Source: Dehalococcoidia bacterium (GTDB lineage Bacteria; Chloroflexota; Dehalococcoidia; Bin125). Taken from it: DNA of 64,000 bases. The stretch is taken from assembly GCA_963663895.2 (NCBI GenBank), contig CAXXRD010000001.1:824801-888800 (forward strand). Reading direction: 5' to 3'. Positions 38,865 through 47,841 of this stretch are shown piece after piece. Within the stretch, counting starts at the first letter, position 1. Each line of letters opens with the position of its first letter. The translations under genes were made by a program, and so were the position numbers. The notes beneath the pieces were generated by a model. It saw nothing but the letters and a program-made list of their open reading frames with translations, made no database searches and was not told the DNA's origin.

Positions 38865-39233
38865 ATGCAGCGCGCTCGGTTCCGCCGTTTGGTGCAACGT
38901 GCGATCGCATCCCTGCCGCCGGAGCTGGCGGAGCGGATGGAGAACGTGGACGTGCAGGTGCGCAGCCGGCCCACGGAGGACGAGCTGGCAGGGGCGGAGA
39001 TCGAAGCGGGGGCAACGCTGTTGGGACTCTACATCGGGGTTCCTCTTACGGAGCGGGGGCACGGATACGGACAGGCGCTGCCGGACCGGATCCTGATCTA
39101 CCAGGAAGCGATCGAGGCGGTGGGGTTCAGCGAAACGGAGGTGGTGGCGCAGATCCGGCAAACGGTGTTGCACGAGATCGCACACCATTTCGGGATCGAC
39201 GACGAGCGGCTGGAGGAGCTGGGGCTCGGCTAA
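38865..39233 (+). CDS. Zincin-like metallopeptidase (DUF1025/Zincin_1)
   Basis: LLGLYIG, LPDRILIY and TVLHEIAHHFG. Confidence 0.88.
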   Translation: MQRARFRRLVQRAIASLPPELAERMENVDVQVRSRPTEDELAGAEIEAGATLLGLYIGVPLTERGHGYGQALPDRILIYQEAIEAVGFSETEVVAQIRQTVLHEIAHHFGIDDERLEELGLG

Positions 39234-40372
39234 ACGATGGCGCCGCCCGGAAAGCGGCGCTGCAGCAGGCGCGTCGCGGCGGCGGCGAGCAACTGGGGCG
39301 CGCGGCTTCGCGCTGCGTCCATGGTGATCTCGGGCGGGGATGCGACCTCGAAATCCGTGAGGCCGGGGATCGAACGGACCAGGTCTTCGTCGGCAACGGC
39401 GCCAGCGACGGCGAGGCAGGGGACTCCCGCCGCCGCCGCCGCCGCCGCGACGCCGGCCACGGTTTTACCGAAGGTCGATTGGCGGTCGAGGCGGCCCTCG
39501 CCGGTGATCACCAATTGCGAGGCCGCGACATGGCGCTCGAGCGACAGCACTTGCGCGACGTGGCGGAAGCCGGACTCGACGCGAGCGCCCGCGAAGGCGA
39601 CGAGCCCGGCGACGAGCCCGCCGCCCGCGCCCGCGCTTGGAAGGTCCCGGACGGCGACGCCGCGATCGCGCTCAACCACGGCGGCGTAGTTATCCAAGGC
39701 CCAATCGAGCTCGCACACGGCGGCGGGGCTAGCGCCCTTCTGCGGGCCGTAGACGACGCTCGCGCCTTGGGGTCCGCAGAGCGGGTTGCGGACGTCCGCC
39801 AAGGCGACGACCTCCACCCGGGCGAGGCGGGGATCGAGGGCGGCGTCATCGAGACGGGCGAGGTGAGCGAGGGCGGACCCTCCGGGGGACAGCGGTCGGC
39901 CGGCGTCGTCAAGGAAGCGGGCGCCGAGCGCAGCAGCCATCCCGGCGCCGCCGTCGTTGGTGGCGCTGCCGCCGACGCCGACGAGGATGCGGGAGACGCC
40001 GGCATCAAGCGCGGCGCGGACGAGCTCGCCCGTTCCGTAGGAGCTGGCGCGGCGCGGATCGCGGCGATCCGCCGGAACGAGGTGGAAACCGGAGGCCGCA
40101 GCCATCTCAATGACGGCGGTACGGCCGGCGTCGATAAGGGCCCAACGGGCCGAGACGGGCTCGCCGAGAGGGCCATCGACGCTGGTGAGGGCGTAGCGGC
40201 CGCCCAGGCCGACGGCGATGGCGCCGACGGTGCCGGGGCCGCCGTCCGCAAGGGGGAGGCGATCGATACGAGCCGTGGGAAAAACCTGCTCGATACCAGC
40301 GGCAAGGGCGCTCACGGCCTCAAGTGCCGTGAGACTGCCTTTGAACTCTTGCGGGGCGAGTAGGATGCGCAT
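39230..40372 (-). CDS. glxK: Glycerate kinase
   Basis: APQEFKGSL, ADGGPGT, GGSATNDGG, YGPQKGA and TGEGRLD. Confidence 0.93.
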   Translation of the reverse strand: MRILLAPQEFKGSLTALEAVSALAAGIEQVFPTARIDRLPLADGGPGTVGAIAVGLGGRYALTSVDGPLGEPVSARWALIDAGRTAVIEMAAASGFHLVPADRRDPRRASSYGTGELVRAALDAGVSRILVGVGGSATNDGGAGMAAALGARFLDDAGRPLSPGGSALAHLARLDDAALDPRLARVEVVALADVRNPLCGPQGASVVYGPQKGASPAAVCELDWALDNYAAVVERDRGVAVRDLPSAGAGGGLVAGLVAFAGARVESGFRHVAQVLSLERHVAASQLVITGEGRLDRQSTFGKTVAGVAAAAAAAGVPCLAVAGAVADEDLVRSIPGLTDFEVASPPEITMDAARSRAPQLLAAAATRLLQRRFPGGAIV

Positions 40373-40425
40373 GCGACATCAGTTTTCGGGGCAGGATCGA
40401 CGGTTTCCAGGAAAACAGCGGCCGA

Positions 40426-40602
40426 TCAGACGAAGTGGAAGATGTGATTGGCGGCATGGAGGACAACGAGGCCAGCCCAAAGGAGGGCAACGAGCCGGAG
40501 CTTGTTTTTCAGCTGGACGAGGCCGGGCGAGGGGATGACGCCCACGACGTAGGCAAATCCAACGAAGGCGACCAAGATCAGCGCCACTTCGAAGCCGCCC
40601 AT
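40426..40602 (-). CDS. Small two-TM membrane protein
   Basis: GGAGGT RBS before ATG 40602; 58 aa with two hydrophobic helices. Confidence 0.6.
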   Translation of the reverse strand: MGGFEVALILVAFVGFAYVVGVIPSPGLVQLKNKLRLVALLWAGLVVLHAANHIFHFV

Positions 40603-40718
40603 CGAAACCTCCGTCCCCGGCATCATGAACCGAGCAGCAGTCCACAGTCACGTCCATCGTACCGGGAGAATGCGCGGACTTGTGAGGTTGCCTGCAGGGG
40701 CCCGGCGGAAGATCGCCG

Positions 40719-40943
40719 TCAGACGGGACGGCGGGAAGCGGTATCGGCAGACCGTGGCGCAGGGCGGGGGGCCGACCGGCGAGGAGCGGAGAGCAATCGC
40801 GCAGGGCGTCGCCGTACCAAGGGCTTCACGGCACCACAGACGGGACAGGCCAAATGGCCCTCTCCAGCGACGAAGGGGCCATCGCAGGGATGGCTGTGAC
40901 CGGCGGCGGAGCGTGGGGTGGGCCGGAAGATGCTGGTCGTCAC
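40719..40943 (-). CDS. Small Cys/His (Zn-ribbon-like) protein, putatively SOS-regulated
   Basis: GGAG-8 nt-GTG start. Contains HSHPC...HLACPVCG and an Arg/Pro-rich tail; promoter with LexA box upstream. Confidence 0.55.
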   Translation of the reverse strand: MTTSIFRPTPRSAAGHSHPCDGPFVAGEGHLACPVCGAVKPLVRRRPARLLSAPRRSAPRPAPRSADTASRRPV

Positions 40944-40984
40944 GGATCGCGCTCCGAAGGCAGCTGCGTGCGTTGCACCAGTAT

Positions 40985-40998
40985 AGAACATATGTTCT
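40985..40998. promoter_or_regulatory. Perfect LexA (SOS) box inside a promoter spacer
   Basis: AGAACATATGTTCT palindrome. Minus strand reads TTTCCG-17 nt-TATACT with the box in the spacer. Confidence 0.85.
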
Positions 40999-41204
40999 TA
41001 TACGGAAAGCCTGCCTCATCGCTTCGGAGTCACCCGGCGCCAGCATGCCATGCGAGGCGACGGATGCGGCGACGGCGCGCATTCTTGGGCAGAACGCCAA
41101 GACGCCGCCGTTGGGAGAGCGGGCCCGTGGAGCCGTGGGCCGGCGCATGGTAGGGTGTGACCGCCTCCGCGGGAAGGGCTGAGGTGGCGTCGAAATGAGC
41201 GACG

Positions 41205-41951
41205 ATGCACGCAGAAGGCGGTCAGTCTAGTTCCGCGATCCTTTCCCCTTCCCCACGCACTTCCGTTCCCAGGCCCGAGCTGTTTCCGGAAGCTCCAGCC
41301 GCCTTAGTCCCTGCGGCGGTCGCCGTGGGATCGAACGGTTCGGGACCCAACGGACACGGACCGGTGGTGCTGAGAGCGATCGAGACGCTGGCGGAAGGGT
41401 CCCCGAACGGACCGCCGCCGGATCTGCCTTTGGTGCTAGAGAGCCTGCTGGTCGTGGCGGAGGAGCCGCCGACGGTAAGGGAGCTGGCCAAGGCGACGGA
41501 GACACCGGTGGCGGCAGTGGAGGAAGGTTTAGCAGCGCTCGAAGCGGCCTGCAGTACGCGGGGAATCCGGGTGCAGCGGGTCGGGAAGACAGTGAAGCTC
41601 TCGACGGCGCCGGAAGCGGCGCGGTACGTGGAGCGGTTCCTCGGACTTGAGCGGCCGCGGCGGCTCTCGCAAGCCGCCCTCGAGACGCTGGCGATCGTCG
41701 CTTACCGGCAACCGGTGGCGAAGAGCGCGATCGAAGCGGTGCGCGGGGTGGGATGTGACGGGTCGTTGCAAACGCTGCGTGATCGCGAGCTCGTCGAGCC
41801 GGTGGGACAGGCGGCAGGCCCCGGGCAAGCGTATCTATACGGGACAACGGCGCGTTTTCTCGAGCATTTCGGGCTGCAGCGATTGGACGAGCTACCGCCA
41901 CTGAGCAACGGCCAGCATGGAGCGGGACAAGCGGCACTGGCCCTAGGGTGA
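41205..41951 (+). CDS. scpB: SMC-Scp complex subunit ScpB
   Basis: LESLL, RLSQAALETLAIVAYRQP, RGV and YGTTARFLEHFGL..L.ELP. The start may be later. Confidence 0.92.
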   Translation: MHAEGGQSSSAILSPSPRTSVPRPELFPEAPAALVPAAVAVGSNGSGPNGHGPVVLRAIETLAEGSPNGPPPDLPLVLESLLVVAEEPPTVRELAKATETPVAAVEEGLAALEAACSTRGIRVQRVGKTVKLSTAPEAARYVERFLGLERPRRLSQAALETLAIVAYRQPVAKSAIEAVRGVGCDGSLQTLRDRELVEPVGQAAGPGQAYLYGTTARFLEHFGLQRLDELPPLSNGQHGAGQAALALG

Positions 41952-42021
41952 ACCGACGGCAGCGCTCCATCCGAGCGCAGCGGCAGTCGGGAGAGCGTGA
42001 AGCACCGCGGAGGACGTAGCG

Positions 42022-42318
42022 CTGATCATCGGATGCTTGCGGCTCACGCTCGCGATCGCGGGTGGGCAGTCGCTCAAGGACAAGCGAGCGGTGGTGCGGC
42101 GGGTGGTGAACCGCACGCGGCACCAGTTCGCCGTGAGCGTAGCGGAGATCGAGACACAGGACGATCGGCGGGTGGCGACGCTGGGGGTGGTATGCGTCAG
42201 CAACTCACGGACTCAGTGTCAGGCGGTGTTGCAACAAGTGCTGCGGTTCGTTGAGCGGCTTCCTATCGACGCGGAGATCCGCGACGTCTCGACGGAGACG
42301 ATCGCGGCGCTGGAGTGA
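42022..42318 (+). CDS. DUF503 (YlxP) family protein
   Basis: SLKDKR and FAVSVAE. GGAGG-8 nt-CTG start gives the family-typical MIIGCLRL N-terminus. Confidence 0.85.
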   Translation: MIIGCLRLTLAIAGGQSLKDKRAVVRRVVNRTRHQFAVSVAEIETQDDRRVATLGVVCVSNSRTQCQAVLQQVLRFVERLPIDAEIRDVSTETIAALE

Positions 42319-42342
42319 CGCGGCGACAGCCGGGAGCGTTCG

Positions 42343-42738
42343 TCAAACGCGCGCCTCGACGCGAATCTCGATCAGGTAGTCGGGTGAAGCAAGGCGCGCG
42401 GCGCCGATGAGCGTGCTTGTGACCCGCGGCAGGCCGCCGAACACCTCGTGGCGGACGCGCCCCGCGACGGCGTTGGCGGCATCAATATCGGTGACGAAAG
42501 TGATCTCGCCGACGATGTTATCCAGGGTCGCCCCGAACTGGACGAGCACGGCCTCCACATTCGCATAGGCCTGCCGCATCTGCGCTTCCATGTCGCCCTT
42601 GCCGACGGTTCGGCCGTTCTCGTCGTGGCTGACTTGGCCGGCGACGTAGATCGTGTCGCCAACCTTCACGCCTTGGGCGTAGCCGAACTGCTCTTCCCAG
42701 GGCATGCCCAAGTTCTTGATCTCTTTGCTGATGGTCAC
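42343..42738 (-). CDS. RidA family protein
   Basis: YAQGVKVGDTIYVAGQV and LIEIRVEA; GTG start after GGAG. Confidence 0.88.
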   Translation of the reverse strand: MTISKEIKNLGMPWEEQFGYAQGVKVGDTIYVAGQVSHDENGRTVGKGDMEAQMRQAYANVEAVLVQFGATLDNIVGEITFVTDIDAANAVAGRVRHEVFGGLPRVTSTLIGAARLASPDYLIEIRVEARV

Positions 42739-42893
42739 GGGCGGACTCCATTCTTGCGATGCTCGCGCTGGCAACGTGGGTCGTCTCCAGCCCCATTGTG
42801 GCTCCCCCACTCGCATTGGCAACAGTCTGGGGACCCGCGCTCGCCGAGAGAATCGTGGTAGCGTGAGGCCGCGCTGGGAGGATCGCTGGGACG

Positions 42894-43310
42894 ATGGAGC
42901 GAGACGGTCCCGTCATCCGCGTGCTCGTGGCGAAGGTGGGGCTGGACGGCCACGACCGAGGGGTGAAGATCGTGGCGCGGGCCTTACGGGACGCGGGGAT
43001 GGAAGTGATCTACGCGGGGCTGCATCGTACGCCGGAGGAGGTGGTGGAGGCGGCGATCGAGGAAGACGTGGATGTGTTGGGAATCAGCCTGCTCTCCGGC
43101 GCGCACATGACGATCTTCCCGCGCCTGCTGACGCTGTTGGAAGCCCGCGACGCGAAGGATATCTTGCTGGTGGGAGGCGGGGTGATGCCCCAAGAGGAAG
43201 CGCAGACGCTCAAGCGGATGGGCGTAGCGGAGATCCTGCTGCAAGACACGCCGCCGGAGCGGATCGTAGAGAGCATCAAGCGGCTGGTTGCGGTGCGGGG
43301 GCCGCGTTAG
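42894..43310 (+). CDS. hcmB: Cobalamin-binding small subunit of acyl-CoA mutase (HcmB-like)
   Basis: KVGLDGHDRG (DxHxxG), SLLSG and LLQDTPP. Confidence 0.8.
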   Translation: MERDGPVIRVLVAKVGLDGHDRGVKIVARALRDAGMEVIYAGLHRTPEEVVEAAIEEDVDVLGISLLSGAHMTIFPRLLTLLEARDAKDILLVGGGVMPQEEAQTLKRMGVAEILLQDTPPERIVESIKRLVAVRGPR

Positions 43311-43375
43311 ACGGTTTGCGCAGTCGTTGTTCCAAGGCCCGGCCGAGGCAGGGCCCGGTGAAGCCGGAGACGCAC

Positions 43376-45091
43376 ATGAAGCAAGAGAGTCAGCAGCAAC
43401 GCGATTCCAAAGGCGAGGATGGGGCGGCGCTGGGCCGACTCGAGCGCAGCCTCCGGGCCTGGGAGGGGGGCGAACTGGCAGCGTTTCTTGCGCGCCGGCC
43501 CGAGAGCAAGCCGGAGTACCGCACGGGCGCGGGGCTCCCCGTGAAACGCGTGTACACGGCGCTGGATGTGGCGGAGTTGCCGCTGGAGGAGATCGGGCTG
43601 CCGGGGGGCTATCCGTTCACACGGGGAGCCTATCCAACCATGTACCGCGGCCGCCTGTGGACCATGCGGCAGATCGCGGGGTTCGGGACGGCGGCGGACA
43701 CCAACGAACGGTTCCAGTACTTGATTGCACAGGGGCAGACGGGGCTGTCGGTGGATTTCGACATGCCCACGTTGATGGGGTACGACTCCGACCACGCGAT
43801 GAGCTTGGGGGAGGTGGGGCGAGAGGGCGTAGCGATCGATGTGCTGGACGACATGGAGACGCTGTTTGCGGGGATCGACCTGACGCAGATCTCCGTGTCG
43901 ATGACGATCAATCCCTCGGCCTGGATCCTGCTGGCGATGTACGTCGCGGTGGCGGAGGGACGGGGCTACGACCTGCACCAGCTCTCCGGCACGATCCAGA
44001 ACGACTGCCTCAAGGAGTACATCGCGCAGAAGGAGTGGACGTTCCCAGTGCGCCCGTCCGTGCGGATCGTGCGGGACACGATCGAGTACTGCGCGGAGCA
44101 CATGCGGCGCTACAACCCGATCAATATCTCCGGGTATCACATCTCGGAAGCGGGGGCGACGGCGGTGCAAGAGGCGGCGTTCACGATCGCCAACGCGATC
44201 GCGTACGTGGAGGAGGTCACACGGGCAGGCGGAGACGTGGACGACTTCGCACCGCGGCTCTCGTTTTTCTTCGTGAGCCAGGCGGATCTGTTCGAGGAAG
44301 TAGCGAAGTTCCGCGCGGCGCGGCGGGTCTACGCCAAGGTGATGAAGGAGCGGTTCGGGGCCAAGCAGCCGGAATCGATGCGGTTGCGGTTCCATGCGCA
44401 GACGGCGGCGATCACGCTGACGCAGCCCCAGCCGTACGTGAATATCGTGCGAACCGCGTACCAAGCGCTGTCGGCGGTGCTGGGAGGGGCGCAAAGTCTG
44501 CACACCAACGGCTTCGACGAGGCGTACACGATTCCCACGGAGGAGGCGATGAAGCTCTCGCTGCGCACGCAGCAGGTGATCGCGGAGGAGACGAACGTGC
44601 CCTCGGTGATCGATCCCTTGGGGGGTTCGTACTACGTGGAGAGTCTCACGACGCGGATCGAGACGGAGATCTTCCAGATCCTGGACCAGGTGGAGGCCTT
44701 AGGCGGGACGATCGCGGCGATCGAGCAAGGCTGGTTCCAGCAGCAGATCGCCGATTCCGCCTATGCGTTCGCGCGCCGCAAGGCCAGCGGGGAGCGGCCG
44801 GTGATCGGGGTGAACAAGTACGTGGAGCCCGCCGAGGAGGCGCCGATCGAGACCCACCCGTACGACGCGACGACGGAGCAGCGCCAGATCGAGCACTTGC
44901 GGCAGGTGAAGGCAGGCCGAGACGAGGCGGCGGTGGAGCGCTTGCTGGCGGATCTGCGGGCGGCGGCGGCGGCGGATCAGAACATCATGCCGGCGACGAT
45001 CGCGGCGGTGAAAGCGCGCGCGACGATGGGGGAGATCGTGACGACGCTGCAGGGGCTGTGGGGTACGTACCGGGAGCAGCCCGTGTTCTGA
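43376..45091 (+). CDS. hcmA: Acyl-CoA mutase large subunit, 2-hydroxyisobutyryl-CoA mutase type
   Basis: WTMRQIAGFG has Ile at the MCM Tyr89 position, and GLSVDFDMPT has the Asp; both are HcmA signatures. Confidence 0.8.
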   Translation: MKQESQQQRDSKGEDGAALGRLERSLRAWEGGELAAFLARRPESKPEYRTGAGLPVKRVYTALDVAELPLEEIGLPGGYPFTRGAYPTMYRGRLWTMRQIAGFGTAADTNERFQYLIAQGQTGLSVDFDMPTLMGYDSDHAMSLGEVGREGVAIDVLDDMETLFAGIDLTQISVSMTINPSAWILLAMYVAVAEGRGYDLHQLSGTIQNDCLKEYIAQKEWTFPVRPSVRIVRDTIEYCAEHMRRYNPINISGYHISEAGATAVQEAAFTIANAIAYVEEVTRAGGDVDDFAPRLSFFFVSQADLFEEVAKFRAARRVYAKVMKERFGAKQPESMRLRFHAQTAAITLTQPQPYVNIVRTAYQALSAVLGGAQSLHTNGFDEAYTIPTEEAMKLSLRTQQVIAEETNVPSVIDPLGGSYYVESLTTRIETEIFQILDQVEALGGTIAAIEQGWFQQQIADSAYAFARRKASGERPVIGVNKYVEPAEEAPIETHPYDATTEQRQIEHLRQVKAGRDEAAVERLLADLRAAAAADQNIMPATIAAVKARATMGEIVTTLQGLWGTYREQPVF

Positions 45092-45188
45092 TCGGTGCAC
45101 GGAGTGCCGAGAGAGCCGGCATGGGCACTACGGGAGGTACCAGAGTTCGTGATGAGGCCGTGCGCACCTGAACGATTTCGATTATCAT

Positions 45189-45202
45189 AGAACTTGTGTT
45201 CT
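45189..45202. promoter_or_regulatory. Perfect LexA (SOS) box
   Basis: AGAAC-TTGT-GTTCT, flanked by T/A, 8 nt upstream of ATG 45211. Confidence 0.8.
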
Positions 45203-45210
45203 AAATCCAA

Positions 45211-46044
45211 ATGTCAGAAACTGCTGTCGTGGGCGTGAACTGCTATCGCGTCGTCGCTGTTTGCTTCAGGGGTTTGAGCGTTGATGTTACAACGCATTCG
45301 CGCGCACCAAAAAACACGAACATTGAGAACCTATTGCAGAGGGTGGCGCCGTCAACTCGCTTTATCGAAACTACCTCGGATCACTCGGTCCGGTACCAGC
45401 TCAAAAGCAGAGACAAGAGAGTTGCGCAAGAACTTCTAAGTAGTCTTCAAGAGCCAAGGGTCGTAGCGATCGTGGAAGAGTGCGCACTGGTGGCCTGTCT
45501 TGATTTCTACAGCCATAAACCAGGAAACCCAAATGCCAGGACAGAAATAGGAGGGTTGGTTTACCAAGCCAAATACGGAAAGAAACAAGGAGAAAGACAA
45601 GAGGCCATCCAAGTGTTGACGGAGTCAGCCGTTAGCTACGTCGCAGATAACCCGCTCCTTCGGCACGCAAATGGGGTTGCCATAATCCCTAGACGGGAGC
45701 AGGGCAAGGAAGCAGGTCCCCTTCTCGCCTCGATCGCCTATGCGCTGTCATCGGAACTAGGTATTCCGTCAGTCGACCTCCGGCGCGGGCGTACCACCAA
45801 GAAAGCTCAGAAAGATATCGATCTCGACAAGGGCGACGACCCAGAATTGAATCAGAGGAGCACAATGGTGGTAATCGGGAATTCGCGTGAGCGTGTGCTC
45901 GTTGTGGACGATCTCATGCGATACGGCGACTCAGTGAGAGAGGCCAGTCGTACTTTGCAGACCGCAGGCACCACTGAGGTCATGGCCCTTGTGCTCGCGA
46001 AGGACCTCACAGGCACTAGGAGCTATGCCCCTGGGAGCGATTAG
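45211..46044 (+). CDS. ComF-like phosphoribosyltransferase (putative toxin/defence PRTase)
   Basis: RTEIGGLVYQAKY, IIP, AQKD and PRPP loop VLVVDDLMRYGDS; AT-richer codon usage. Confidence 0.8.
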   Translation: MSETAVVGVNCYRVVAVCFRGLSVDVTTHSRAPKNTNIENLLQRVAPSTRFIETTSDHSVRYQLKSRDKRVAQELLSSLQEPRVVAIVEECALVACLDFYSHKPGNPNARTEIGGLVYQAKYGKKQGERQEAIQVLTESAVSYVADNPLLRHANGVAIIPRREQGKEAGPLLASIAYALSSELGIPSVDLRRGRTTKKAQKDIDLDKGDDPELNQRSTMVVIGNSRERVLVVDDLMRYGDSVREASRTLQTAGTTEVMALVLAKDLTGTRSYAPGSD

Positions 46045-46046
46045 CC

Positions 46047-46721
46047 ATGGCGATCAAGAGCAAAGTTTCCTCCAGCCAGAAAATACTCACCACGTGGGGC
46101 AGTAGTTCGCTAGTCGATTCGCTGGAAGAGCACGGGGCTGTTGGGATCTGCGGAGGGCGGGACTCTGGGCCAAAGGCACTTGAGTTAGCGAAGCAGATCG
46201 GCAAAGAGATCGCAGGCATGGGGCTCGTACTGGTCTCCGGTGACGCGCGTGGGGTGGATGACGCAGCTCAGTTCGGAGTACTGAGCGAAGGGGGCCGTGT
46301 GATCTCAGTGCTGGCTGAGGGGCTGGCAGGGTGGAAACCACGGAAACACTATCGCCCGTTGATCGACGAAAGAAACTACGCAGCGGTGAGCGAGTTCGCG
46401 TCTGAGGAATCCTGGGCGGTAGGACGAGCGATGCAGCGGAACGGGACCATTGTTGAGATATCGATGGCGATGGTGCTGGTGAATGCGGGCACAAAGGGAG
46501 GAACGTGGGAGGCGGGAAAGATGTGCCTGCGGCGAAAGAAGCCGCTGTTCGTAGCGTATGGAGACGAGGTGAAGAGCAAAGGAAGTGCACAACTCATTAA
46601 GGAGAACGGAATCCCCTTCCGTACAACTGAGGAATTACGCACGCTGATCGAACAGGTCCAGGCAGGGGAACTAGCAATAGCGGAAAGTGCGGAGCAGGGT
46701 GTGTTGTTCTCGCTCTCCTAG
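46047..46721 (+). CDS. Stand-alone DprA/Smf (SLOG) domain protein
   Basis: GICGGR, VSGDARGVD, SEF, AMQRN, KGGTW and KPLFV; no SAM or winged-helix domains; starts 2 nt after the PRTase stop. Confidence 0.85.
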   Translation: MAIKSKVSSSQKILTTWGSSSLVDSLEEHGAVGICGGRDSGPKALELAKQIGKEIAGMGLVLVSGDARGVDDAAQFGVLSEGGRVISVLAEGLAGWKPRKHYRPLIDERNYAAVSEFASEESWAVGRAMQRNGTIVEISMAMVLVNAGTKGGTWEAGKMCLRRKKPLFVAYGDEVKSKGSAQLIKENGIPFRTTEELRTLIEQVQAGELAIAESAEQGVLFSLS

Positions 46722-46761
46722 CGACACGTAAGAGACAACACGATCCGCAGCGAAGAACGGG

Positions 46762-47658
46762 TCAAGGCAGTCGGCGGGCGCCGGCGACGGGCTGATCGCC
46801 GGCGGGATCGGCGAGGATGGCGCGGATGGCCTCGATGCCGTCGATCAGGCGGGGGCCCGGGCGGCTAAACCAAGCGTTGGCGTCGAGCGCCCAGACGGCG
46901 CCGCACGCGACGGCGGGCAGGGCGCGCCACTCTGGGCGCCGGGCGAGCGCTTCCGCCTCGCGCACGACCTCATCAAGCGAGAGGCCGCAGGGGAGCAGAA
47001 GCACGACATCGGGACGGGAAGCGGCGATGGCGGACCAGGTTACGCGCTCCGACTTCTCGCCGGCGCGGCCGAGGGCGTCCTCGCCGCCCGCGCGCGCGAT
47101 CTGCTCGGGTACCCAGTGCCCGGCGGCATAGGGCGGGTCGAGCCATTCCAGGGCGGCGACGCGAAGAGGGGAGGAGGCAGGGACGCGTGGCGTCATTCGC
47201 TCGCGCATCTCCGCCGCCAGGCGCGCCCCTTCGGCCGAGCGGCCGGCGGCCTCGCCGACCTCTTCGAGAGATCGCGCGACGCCGTCGAGATCGAGGGGCG
47301 TCAGTGTGAGCACGCGGGCGCCGAGCTGCTCCTCATGCACGACGCGGTGGACCTGTCTTTCGCTCACGGCGCAGATGTCGCAGAGGGCTTGGGTGATGAC
47401 GAGATCGGGCCGAAGCTCGCGCAGCCGCGAGACATCGATCCGGTAGGTGGAGCCGCCCGCCGCGAGCAGGCCGCTGATGGCGGCGTCGATCTCCGCCTGG
47501 GGCAAGCCGTGCGTCTCCACGGCGGGGCCGGTAAGAACGGGCAGGCCACGCGCTGCGGCCGGGTAGTCGCATCCGTGGGAAATCCCGACCACCTCGGCGC
47601 CAGCGCCGACGGCGAAGACGATCTCCGTGGCGCTGGGGAGAAGCGAGGCGATGCGCAT
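46762..47658 (-). CDS. BtuF-like cobalamin/Fe-siderophore-binding protein (no signal peptide)
   Basis: MRIASLLPSATEIV, SHGCDYP, TQALCDICAV, EWLDP and FSRPGPRL. Confidence 0.85.
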   Translation of the reverse strand: MRIASLLPSATEIVFAVGAGAEVVGISHGCDYPAAARGLPVLTGPAVETHGLPQAEIDAAISGLLAAGGSTYRIDVSRLRELRPDLVITQALCDICAVSERQVHRVVHEEQLGARVLTLTPLDLDGVARSLEEVGEAAGRSAEGARLAAEMRERMTPRVPASSPLRVAALEWLDPPYAAGHWVPEQIARAGGEDALGRAGEKSERVTWSAIAASRPDVVLLLPCGLSLDEVVREAEALARRPEWRALPAVACGAVWALDANAWFSRPGPRLIDGIEAIRAILADPAGDQPVAGARRLP

Positions 47659-47841
47659 GGCGTTCCTCAGCTTGGCCAGTCACGCGCACGCGCGCAAGCC
47701 GGGCGGGCTCCCCTAGGCGAGCGGGAGCGAGCGGCGATCAGCAGCGGGGCGTAGCAGGATACCTACCGGGAACGGCCAGCGATCCGGCTGGTTCGCGGAG
47801 CGGCGAGAGAGGAAAGATGCTGACGGTAGCGCCTGTCAGAA

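Larger units (their letters stand above)
45092..46760. other. Small AT-richer inserted segment (probable horizontally acquired islet)
   Basis: Visible drop in GC and A/T-ending codons relative to the flanks. No integrase, IS or direct repeats seen. Confidence 0.65.

Noticed and set aside
42704-43375. 795-aa ORF suggesting an N-terminally extended mutase
   Set aside because: The extension overlaps hcmB in another frame and is low-complexity. The real start is ATG 43376 after GGAG.
45092-46760. Islet as a mobile element
   Set aside because: No transposase, integrase, terminal repeats or target duplications were found; only the compositional shift is supported.
47659-47840. Cobalamin riboswitch upstream of the btuF-like gene (also checked 42740-42890)
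   Set aside because: No B12-box or other conserved riboswitch elements were recognisable by eye.
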